From a virus (lineage: Duplodnaviria; Caudoviricetes), in IMG/VR virus record IMGVR_UViG_3300019889_000166, positions 1,533-65,532 of that record: a stretch of DNA of 64,000 nucleotides; one strand, 5' to 3'. The position numbers and the translations under genes are program-made. The notes beneath the pieces are model-generated. The model did not search any database. It was not told where the DNA came from and worked only from the letters and a program-made list of their open reading frames with translations. This document shows positions 7,797-14,902 of the stretch, in pieces; position 1 is the first letter of the stretch, and every line of letters starts with the position of its first letter.

Positions 7797-9800
7797 ATGA
7801 GTAGGAAGACGAGGGAAGGAGAGCGTCTGGCTCAGGACTTGGCCAGGGTGATCGCGAGTGGCAGCTCGACGCCCGACCGGCGGCTGACGAAGGCGCAGGC
7901 GCTGAAGATCAAGCAGGAGGACGCGCGGCTACTGGAGGAGCGGCGGGCGAACAGCATGCGGCGCCTGTTGCTGAAGCAGTACGCGCCGTGGATCGTCGCG
8001 GCCTCGGTGTTCGTCGTCGGCGCGATCTGCTGGCTACTCCGCTGGATCTACTCCCCGTTGACCGCGGTGTCGCTCGCGGTCCTGGTGGCGGCGGCTGGCT
8101 GCTGGGCGGCGTGGATGATCGGGCGCCGCGCGAAGAAGTGGCGGACCCGGGTCCACTGGGCTGCCGGGGTCGGGTCGTCCTGGCTGATCTGGACCGCGGG
8201 GACAGGACCGTCCTGGCGGGCCGCCCTCGTCCTCGTCCTCGGGACCGTCCTCGTTGCGGGACGGTGGTGGCAGGCGAACCGGATCCCGATTCCGAAGAAG
8301 CCGAACCGGGGGACCGTCCCCGTCCCGGAGGACCAAAGCATCCCCGTCCTATGGGAGCTCAACCTCGGGGGGCAAGGGTGCGTCCTCGCCGGGGCCGCCC
8401 TCACCGCCTACGACGATGAGCCGAAGTCGGGCTGCGACACGCACCGCATCAACCTCAAGCCCGGCAAGCAAACGATCACGTGGGCACTGTCGCAACTGGA
8501 GATCATCGCGGGCGGACTGCTGACCCCGGTCGAGCGGGTCCTCCTCGAACCGGACCCGGACCGCAACCCGATCCACGTCAAGCTGACCATCGTCGAGCAC
8601 TCCCCGATCGAGGAGACGGTCCCCTACCGCGGCGCTCGGCTCGTCGGGGACCATCGGAACCTGATCGAGGTCGGCCCGTACGGCGACGGCGACGGGTACG
8701 CGAACTGGCGGATGTGGGCGCCGGGCGCGAAGCCGATGACCGGCAGTTGGCTGTCGGGGCTGATCATCGCCGGGACTGGGATCGGGAAGTCGCGGCTGAT
8801 GGAGTTGCTGGCCGCCGGCTACATGGCGTCGGGCAACGCGGTCGTGTGGTTCATCGACCCGCAGCTCGGGGCGTCGTCGCCGGACCTGCAGGAGTACGCC
8901 GACTGGTACGTGAGCGGTGAGGGTACGGCGAAGATGTTGACGGCGCTGGAGTTGATCGCGGCCGCGCGGGAGAAGGAGAACAGTGCCAAGAGGTGGACGC
9001 GGTTCGATCCGTCTCCGGAGCGTCCGGGGATCGTGGTGTTCATGGACGAGTTCCACCGGACGGTTGAGCGGTATGCGAACCGGCTGGAGGATCTGGCGCG
9101 GACGACGCAGAAGACCGGGATCTCGATCGTCGGGCTGACGCAGGATGCTTCGCTGGAGTCGCTCGGGAAGAACACGCTGCGGGCGTCCATGCTGGCGAAT
9201 CTGATCGTGATGAAGACCGGGATGAACACGACGAAGAACCTCATCCCGGGCTTGACGGTGGATCCGGAGTTGTTGCCGAAGATCCCTGGCTACCTCTACA
9301 CGATCGGGGAGCGGACGGCTCCGGGTCGGGCGGAGTACGTCGAGGACCCGGCGCTCTGGTTCAAGCAGTACCCGATGCCGAAGCTGGATGCGTTGTCGGC
9401 GAATGCGGCGGGTGACCTGTACGGGATGCGCCGCGAGGAGACTGCGGCCGAGTTGGAGGCGAACCGTCAGTGGGTTGAGCAGATGAGCAGCGAGGGCTTC
9501 CAGCCTGAGCTGCCCGAGCCTGACCTGGATGACTGGAAGCCTGAGCCGGCGGAGCCGCGCGCGTTCGAGGTGGTGCAGTTCCCGTCGGCAGTGGCACCTC
9601 CGGAGAAGCCTGCCCGTGAGCGGGTGCTGGTGGCGGTGGCGCAGGGGACGACGCGGACGAGGGAGATCGGGATCGCGGTCGGGCTGGAGAAGACGCAGCT
9701 GCACGACGTGCTGAAGGAGTTGCTGGAGGCGGGCGAGCTGGAGCGGCCGACGGCTGGGGTGTATCAGATCGCGGGGGTTGTGTCGCAGCCGGAGAGGTAG
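7797..9800 (+). CDS. traB: TraB-like FtsK/SpoIIIE conjugative DNA translocase
   Basis: N-terminal TM helices, Walker A AGTGIGKS, FIDPQ, Walker B VVFMDE, LTQ, IPGY motif, C-terminal winged helix (TREIGIAVGL..TQLHDVLKELLEAGELER...GVY). Confidence 0.88.
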   Translation: MSRKTREGERLAQDLARVIASGSSTPDRRLTKAQALKIKQEDARLLEERRANSMRRLLLKQYAPWIVAASVFVVGAICWLLRWIYSPLTAVSLAVLVAAAGCWAAWMIGRRAKKWRTRVHWAAGVGSSWLIWTAGTGPSWRAALVLVLGTVLVAGRWWQANRIPIPKKPNRGTVPVPEDQSIPVLWELNLGGQGCVLAGAALTAYDDEPKSGCDTHRINLKPGKQTITWALSQLEIIAGGLLTPVERVLLEPDPDRNPIHVKLTIVEHSPIEETVPYRGARLVGDHRNLIEVGPYGDGDGYANWRMWAPGAKPMTGSWLSGLIIAGTGIGKSRLMELLAAGYMASGNAVVWFIDPQLGASSPDLQEYADWYVSGEGTAKMLTALELIAAAREKENSAKRWTRFDPSPERPGIVVFMDEFHRTVERYANRLEDLARTTQKTGISIVGLTQDASLESLGKNTLRASMLANLIVMKTGMNTTKNLIPGLTVDPELLPKIPGYLYTIGERTAPGRAEYVEDPALWFKQYPMPKLDALSANAAGDLYGMRREETAAELEANRQWVEQMSSEGFQPELPEPDLDDWKPEPAEPRAFEVVQFPSAVAPPEKPARERVLVAVAQGTTRTREIGIAVGLEKTQLHDVLKELLEAGELERPTAGVYQIAGVVSQPER

Positions 9801-9835
9801 GGAAAACGGTTGCCGGGATTGCCTGAGATTGGGGC

Positions 9836-9873
9836 TTGACTATAGTCACATCGGCCCGATACTATAGTCACAT
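9836..9873 (+). promoter_or_regulatory. leaderless promoter with tandem operator
   Basis: TTGACT-N18-TACTAT-N6-ATG; ACTATAGTCACAT at 9839 and 9861. Confidence 0.8.
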
Positions 9874-10135
9874 GACGACGCGGACGGTAGCCAAGTGCGA
9901 GACCTGCAAAGGCCGGGGGTTCGACACCCAGCACGACGAGTTCGAGACCCCGGTCCGGGTCGAGTGCGACGACTGCGACGGACGCGGCGAGAGCGAGATC
10001 CCCACCGCCGAGGAGCTGGCCCAGCAGGTCACCGACCACGAGGCCCGGATCGCGATCCGCAACGAGGAGCACTTCAGCAAGGGCTGGCACGACAAGCTCT
10101 GCAGCACCACCTACTGCCGGCTCGGGCTGGCCTGA
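9872..10135 (+). CDS. small zinc-finger protein (DnaJ-like CxxCxGxG)
   Basis: CETCKGRG and CDDCDGRG; leaderless ATG. Confidence 0.8.
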   Translation: MTTRTVAKCETCKGRGFDTQHDEFETPVRVECDDCDGRGESEIPTAEELAQQVTDHEARIAIRNEEHFSKGWHDKLCSTTYCRLGLA

Positions 10136-10155
10136 GAGAAGGGAAGGGCTTTCCC

Positions 10156-10443
10156 ATGAGCATCATCGGATTCGTACTCTCGGCGCTCCTCCTCGTGGTG
10201 GCCTGGCTCGCGTGGGCAGGCACCCGCGACCTGAAGAGAGCGCTGGCGAACAAGCGGGCTCGGCAGATTGCGTCCTGCTGGGTCACCGTCAGGCCGCACG
10301 CTCGCTGCGAGGCCAGAGGGCACTGGCCGCGCGAGGTGGTTCGGCTGGCGGACGGTACGACAGTCGCCCACATCTGCCGTCGCTGCGACCACGACTGGGC
10401 GGACGAGCACTGGGTGAAGACGGGCCACGAGGTGAAGCCGTGA
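10156..10443 (+). CDS. small membrane-anchored protein with Cys/His motif
   Basis: SD GGGAAGGG, N-terminal TM, C..RGH...CRRC. Confidence 0.7.
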   Translation: MSIIGFVLSALLLVVAWLAWAGTRDLKRALANKRARQIASCWVTVRPHARCEARGHWPREVVRLADGTTVAHICRRCDHDWADEHWVKTGHEVKP

Positions 10444-10658
10444 GCGACATGATGAGCACCAGCGAGGTCGCCGCGCTGTACGGCGTCACGAAGATGACCG
10501 TGATCCGGTGGGTCGAGGCCGGGCGGTTCGACCCTGCGCCTGAGAGGATGCACACGGGGACCGGTCAGCGTCGCCCCTACCTGTTCGACCGGGCGGCGGT
10601 GCTGGCCCAGCGGGAGCGGGAGGTCGGGGAAGGGCTTTCCCGGCCGTCTGGCAAGTAG
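10440..10658 (+). CDS. excisionase-like/MerR-type HTH DNA-binding protein
   Basis: MSTSEVAALYGVTKMTVIRWVEAGRF. Confidence 0.85.
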   Translation: MSDMMSTSEVAALYGVTKMTVIRWVEAGRFDPAPERMHTGTGQRRPYLFDRAAVLAQREREVGEGLSRPSGK

Positions 10659-10665
10659 CACCACA

Positions 10666-10697
10666 GCGGCGAGCAGGTTCGATTCCTGCTGTCGCAC
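10666..10697 (+). other. tRNA T-arm-like minihelix
   Basis: GCAGG-TTCGATT-CCTGC extended by GCGGC(G)A/TGTCGC; no D or anticodon arm. Confidence 0.5.
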
Positions 10698-10740
10698 GAT
10701 CCCGCTCACTCAGGGCGGGCCAGGGGAGGAACCCAAACGC

Positions 10741-11484
10741 ATGAAGTTCAACACCAAGCTCGGTCGCACCGTGGCCGTCGTCGCAGCTGCAGGCTTCGCG
10801 GTCGTCGGCGGCATCACGACCAGCGAGGCGGCCGTTCCGCAGCCCGAGCGTCAGGCGGCCCTGCCGGCGAACTCGGTCTACCACGCGCAGATCAACGACA
10901 CGGTCGAGGCTGACCTGATGAAGACCCCGGCGCTGTCGGTCTGGACCACGTCGATCAACAAGTGGGCCATCACCGAGGACAAGCTGACCCCGTCCGTCGC
11001 GGAGAAGCTGAACAGCAAGGTCGGCGAGGGCTGGGCGGTCGACATCCCAGCGAAGGCGATCAACAAGATCGGCGGCGGGTTCGTCGCCAACGCCACCGTG
11101 CTGGGCACGTTCGAGCTCCCCCCGGTGGGGCTGTACTCGATCAACACGCAGGCAGTGTTCGACCGGGTGAACGCTGATCACGCCGACTACCTGGCCCCGA
11201 CCACGGAGACGATGCCGACGCTGGCGCTGCGGTTCACCACCAGCGAGGGTGGCGTCGGTGACGCGGGCACGATCATGGGCGCGCAGATCTCCAAGGCCGG
11301 GTTCGTCGAGCTGACTGGTTCGAGTGTCGCGTCGGTGCGGCCGGGGGCATCCCCGCTGACGGTCACGGTCTACGGGTTCGGCTACAACGAGGATCGCTCC
11401 GCGTTCGGCTCGGTCGATGCGACTCCGGGCGCCAAGGCACAGTTCACCGCGGCCGCGAAGATCCTGATCGACCAGATCGGCTGA
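10741..11484 (+). CDS. secreted beta-rich protein (moron)
   Basis: Sec signal MKFNTKLGRTVAVVAAAGFAVVGGITTSEA; SD GGGGAGGA. Confidence 0.85.
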   Translation: MKFNTKLGRTVAVVAAAGFAVVGGITTSEAAVPQPERQAALPANSVYHAQINDTVEADLMKTPALSVWTTSINKWAITEDKLTPSVAEKLNSKVGEGWAVDIPAKAINKIGGGFVANATVLGTFELPPVGLYSINTQAVFDRVNADHADYLAPTTETMPTLALRFTTSEGGVGDAGTIMGAQISKAGFVELTGSSVASVRPGASPLTVTVYGFGYNEDRSAFGSVDATPGAKAQFTAAAKILIDQIG

Positions 11485-11508
11485 CCGGGATCGGATAGGA
11501 GGAGACCT

Positions 11509-11607
11509 GTGAACACTGTCCTGCGGATCCTCGCTGGGCTCCTGGCCGTGGCCGTAATGGCAGGCCTCCTTCTTGGCGGCGCGGCGTTCGGCTGGCTAGG
11601 GCCGTAG
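11509..11607 (+). CDS. 32-aa single-TM peptide (not in ORF track)
   Basis: SD AGGAGGAG then GTG; MNTVLRILAGLLAVAVMAGLLLGGAAFGWLGP. Confidence 0.7.
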   Translation: MNTVLRILAGLLAVAVMAGLLLGGAAFGWLGP

Positions 11608-11622
11608 CTGGAACGCAGAAGA

Positions 11623-11656
11623 CGTGCCCACCTCCCGGACGGGGGAGGTGGGCACG
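11623..11656. terminator. bidirectional terminator between convergent operons
   Basis: Perfect 14-bp stem CGTGCCCACCTCCC/GGGAGGTGGGCACG. Confidence 0.85.
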
Positions 11657-11677
11657 CTGCTGTTTGCGGGGGTCTGG

Positions 11678-11776
11678 CTACCCGACTGCGAGGTCGAACC
11701 TGACGCCGAGCAGGAGAAGGATGGCCAGTACGACGAGCAGGCCGATGAGGAACCAGAGCCAGCCGGGGACCGTCAT
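11678..11776 (-). CDS. 32-aa single-TM peptide after holin (not in ORF track)
   Basis: MTVPGWLWFLIGLLVVLAILLLLGVRFDLAVG; ATG 1 nt after holin stop, GGAGG upstream. Confidence 0.7.
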   Translation of the reverse strand: MTVPGWLWFLIGLLVVLAILLLLGVRFDLAVG

Positions 11777-11777
11777 G

Positions 11778-12011
11778 TCAGGCCTCCAGCTTCTCGCCGC
11801 CACCCATCGACGGCGTGCCGTTGGCGAAGCCGGCGGCCAGGGACTTCAGCAGCGACAGCAGCGCACCGCCGATGGCGACGCCGCCGAGGGCCTGGTAGTC
11901 GAGCATGAACGCGTTGCTGACGGCATCGACGCCGATGACCGCGATCGCCGACTGGGCGGCGGTGGAGACGGCGCGCTCAGCGGCGCCCTTCCAGAAAGCC
12001 TTGGTCCACAT
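11778..12011 (-). CDS. holin (r1t-type)
   Basis: MWTKAFWKGAAERAVSTAAQSAIAVIG...ALLSLLKSLA signature; follows endolysin. Confidence 0.9.
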   Translation of the reverse strand: MWTKAFWKGAAERAVSTAAQSAIAVIGVDAVSNAFMLDYQALGGVAIGGALLSLLKSLAAGFANGTPSMGGGEKLEA

Positions 12012-12032
12012 GTCTGTTGCTCCGGTCTCCGC

Positions 12033-12989
12033 TTACGCGGTCTGGACGTCGGTCGCGGTGACCGGCGAGTCGGGGTCGTCCACGAGGCCCTGCACGAGGG
12101 CCTTGATGTCGGCGAGCGCCTCGTCCTGCTCGACGTCGCGGAGGCGGTCGGCCTCGGAGCGGATCGCGTTGCGGTCGTCGGAGTTGCGCTGCTCCTCGAT
12201 GCCCTGCGCCCAGCGGTCGCCGGTGGACTTGATGAACGCGGCGAGGGTCGTTTCGATGCGGTTCTGCTGGGCCTTGAGGTCGCTGTACTGGGACACGGTG
12301 AGCTCCTCCGTGGGGGGCTTCGGGGTTGTGCCGGGTGGGGTGGTGGGCTTGCCGGGGCCGAAGAGGATCGCCTTGGCCTTCGTCTCGATGTAGGACCAGT
12401 TGATGTTGCCGGGGTCACCGTGGCTGTTCTCGGGAACGTGCTGGTGGCCGCACCAGCCCTTGAAGTTGCGCCACTGGTCGAAGCTGAACCGCTGGCTGGC
12501 GGACTTCCCGTACGAGGCCGGGTAGGCGCGGAACGACTCCCCGATCTGCTCGGGGCCTTCGACGCGGATCTTGTTGACCCGGTACTGGTAGGCGACGAAC
12601 TCGGCTACCTCGTCGAGCGCCCACTGTGGTGCGGCGGGCCAGTAGATGTGGGCCCGGCCTGCCTTCTTCCAGCTGTCCGAGGTGGCCTTGTCGCAGGTCC
12701 CGACCAGTTCGATCTGGATGCAGTCCTGGGTGTTGGTCTGCACTCCGCCGGACTCGTTGCGCAGAGCCCGAGCCGACATGGTGTCGGGGAAGTGCTGCGT
12801 CCAGACGAGCCGCTTTTGGGTGAAGTCGGGAAGCCCGGTGGCTGTCGGGGCGGTCGCCCCTCCGCCGTACCACGGCAGGGATGTGCCCTCGGTGGTGTGG
12901 ATGACGCCGATGTCAGGGTCGATCGTCGAGCCCTTGTAGTCGTCGGCGAACCAGTACTTGGCTGGCTTCTGGATGATGGGTGCTGCCAT
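12033..12989 (-). CDS. endolysin, amidase_2-like
   Basis: VIHTTEG, IQIELVG, GHQHVPENSHGDPG zinc-amidase motifs; Pro/Thr linker, coiled C-terminus. Confidence 0.88.
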   Translation of the reverse strand: MAAPIIQKPAKYWFADDYKGSTIDPDIGVIHTTEGTSLPWYGGGATAPTATGLPDFTQKRLVWTQHFPDTMSARALRNESGGVQTNTQDCIQIELVGTCDKATSDSWKKAGRAHIYWPAAPQWALDEVAEFVAYQYRVNKIRVEGPEQIGESFRAYPASYGKSASQRFSFDQWRNFKGWCGHQHVPENSHGDPGNINWSYIETKAKAILFGPGKPTTPPGTTPKPPTEELTVSQYSDLKAQQNRIETTLAAFIKSTGDRWAQGIEEQRNSDDRNAIRSEADRLRDVEQDEALADIKALVQGLVDDPDSPVTATDVQTA

Positions 12990-13010
12990 GAGTGGGCTCC
13001 CTCGGTTGGG

Positions 13011-13823
13011 CTACTTGAGGACGCAGACGAGGATCTTGACCTGCGTCAGCGGGTCGGTCGTGGTGACGGTGAGCTCTTGCAGTTCGCCGGTCATCGCGGC
13101 GCACTTCGCCGCCGACGAGTCCGGGCCAGCGGGCCCCTGGTCGCCGGTGGCGCCTTGCGGTCCGGTGGGTCCAGTGGGGCCGGGCACGGTGCTGTCCGCC
13201 CCGTCGGCGCCTTTGCAGTCGTTGCGTTGCGCGCAGTACGACGTGAGGGCCTGGTCGATCATCGTGGACAGCCGCTCGTCGCTGACCGGGGGCGCGTCCT
13301 TGCCAGCGGCACCGGTCTTCCCGACGCACCTGTCCTCGGTGCAGTACGACGCGACGGAACTCTTGACCAGGGGTTGGAGCTCGGCCGCAGTCGGGGTGCG
13401 CCCATCCTTCGGGCGGACCACCTTCGGTGCGGCGACCCGGGCGATCTGCTCGACCTGGCTCGCGGTGAGGGTCGGCTGGTAGGTGCGAATCGCGGAGGCG
13501 ACGATCGTGTGAACGGCGAGTTCTTCGTCTGGAGTGAACTCGTCGGTCTGCGGTGGCGGCGGGGTGGTGAGGGTCGGCACCGGGACGGGCGCCTTGCCTG
13601 CCGCGATGAGCCGCCGGTTCGCTTCCTTCGCCGCGTCGACCGCGCCCTGGGCTTGGAGTTGCGCCTGCGATGCGGCGGTGAGCGCCTGGTCGGCGGTGGC
13701 GCCGTTGGTTTCGACGTCGCCGGACAGGTTGAACACCTGCGCGAAGAGGTAGCCGAAGGTGAGCACGAAGACGGCAAGGGCCCCCAGCCCGTAGCGGCGC
13801 GCGCTGCGGATCTTCCTGTTCAC
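13011..13823 (-). CDS. membrane-anchored collagen-like protein of lysis cassette
   Basis: N-terminal TM, YC...C motifs, GPTGPTGPQGATGDQGPAGP. Confidence 0.8.
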   Translation of the reverse strand: MNRKIRSARRYGLGALAVFVLTFGYLFAQVFNLSGDVETNGATADQALTAASQAQLQAQGAVDAAKEANRRLIAAGKAPVPVPTLTTPPPPQTDEFTPDEELAVHTIVASAIRTYQPTLTASQVEQIARVAAPKVVRPKDGRTPTAAELQPLVKSSVASYCTEDRCVGKTGAAGKDAPPVSDERLSTMIDQALTSYCAQRNDCKGADGADSTVPGPTGPTGPQGATGDQGPAGPDSSAAKCAAMTGELQELTVTTTDPLTQVKILVCVLK

Positions 13824-14275
13824 GGGTCAACGCCCTCCGGCAATGGGATGTTGTGGTCGGCGAGCGACATCCTCAGCAGGTAGGTGCGCCGACGTTCTTG
13901 GTCGAGGAGCCGTTCGAGGCTCTTGATCTCGCTCGAGTGGCCTTGCCGCATCTCTCGCACTTCGGCTGCGTGCCGGGCCTGCTCTGCACGGAACTCTTCG
14001 TCGCGGGCCTGGGCTGCTTCGCGCAGCTCCTTGCGTAGCTCCTCGACCTGCAGTTTGAGGTCTTGGACGTCGCGGCGTAGTTCGCCCTCGGTGTCTTGCT
14101 CGCGGGCCTCGGCTGCGTCGGCGCGTTTCTTGTGGCCCTCGACGTCTTGCTGGCGGCCTTCTTTGTACTGCTTGGCGGCGTAGGCGAGGAGGGTGGCGAC
14201 GAGTCCGATTCCACCGACGGGGGCGGCGATGGTGGAGGTCGTGACTTCCAGAGCCGCGATCAGCGAGGTGATCAC
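13820..14275 (-). CDS. TM + coiled-coil protein of lysis cassette
   Basis: GTG 14275 overlapping upstream stop; TM then long coiled coil. Confidence 0.75.
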   Translation of the reverse strand: MITSLIAALEVTTSTIAAPVGGIGLVATLLAYAAKQYKEGRQQDVEGHKKRADAAEAREQDTEGELRRDVQDLKLQVEELRKELREAAQARDEEFRAEQARHAAEVREMRQGHSSEIKSLERLLDQERRRTYLLRMSLADHNIPLPEGVDP

Positions 14276-14736
14276 TGTTCGTCGCCCTTCCGGGGCACGG
14301 GTCCCCTGACGTAGCAGAGGATGGCGTGCAGGGCGGTGATGACGAGGGCTTGTGTGACGCCGCGCCAGATGCTGCCCTGTTGGTCGGCGACGTCGGTGCG
14401 GGAGTATTCCCAGACTGCTTGTGCGGTGGCGATGGAGAACATGCAGTACATCGCGGCGCAGAGGAGGTGACCGAGCCAGACTGCGGCGTGGCGCCTGACG
14501 ATGAGCCCGAGGATGAGGGTTGCGCCGCCGGCGAGGAACGCGGCGCCCCAGGTGTGGAGGTCGGCGAGCTCGATCACGATTTTGAGCGACTTCGCGGCGA
14601 CTGCCGACTCGGGGGTGTGGAGGTAGTCCCATCCGGTGACGAGTGCGTGGACGGCGAGGATCCACGACAGGAGCCGGGCCATGTGCCACGGGATGCTGGT
14701 TGTGGCTAGCCGGGCGGTGAAGTCGTCAAGGCTCAC
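14272..14736 (-). CDS. four-TM membrane protein (holin-like)
   Basis: GTG 14736; four hydrophobic segments. Confidence 0.75.
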   Translation of the reverse strand: MSLDDFTARLATTSIPWHMARLLSWILAVHALVTGWDYLHTPESAVAAKSLKIVIELADLHTWGAAFLAGGATLILGLIVRRHAAVWLGHLLCAAMYCMFSIATAQAVWEYSRTDVADQQGSIWRGVTQALVITALHAILCYVRGPVPRKGDEQ

Positions 14737-14876
14737 TTTGTCCCGTCCCCAGTTGGTAGTGATGCGCGGTGGACCACGTTGAATGCGCGGATGGCGGCTT
14801 CGATCGCGGCGATGCGTTCTTCGTGGTCTGCGAGTTGGGCGGGTATCTCTTCGGGCTCGGGTCTGGTTCCCGGCAA
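14733..14876 (-). CDS. small coiled-coil protein
   Basis: TTG start; LADHEERIAAIE; stop overlaps next start. Confidence 0.5.
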   Translation of the reverse strand: MPGTRPEPEEIPAQLADHEERIAAIEAAIRAFNVVHRASLPTGDGTK

Positions 14877-14902
14877 CGCTGCCCCCAGCAGGTTGTTGTG
14901 GC

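Larger units (their letters stand above)
6395..8560. repeat. dispersed GGGAC/AGGAC/CCGGAC (and reverse GTCCC/GTCCT) short repeats, clt-like
   Basis: Clusters at about 6395-6550, 6940-7275, 7750-7780, 8198-8352; identical 15-mer GACTCCGGACCGGAC at 7247 and 7757. Confidence 0.7.

Noticed and set aside
7797-9800. Host cell-division FtsK or type VII secretion EccC
   Set aside because: Single ATPase domain, kor/spd context, no WXG100 or division genes
11664-13883. 739-aa + strand ORF and other long antisense ORFs (e.g. 22353..24173, 32211..33782, 35879..37495)
   Set aside because: Shadow frames of well-supported minus-strand genes, expected at this GC content; no motifs
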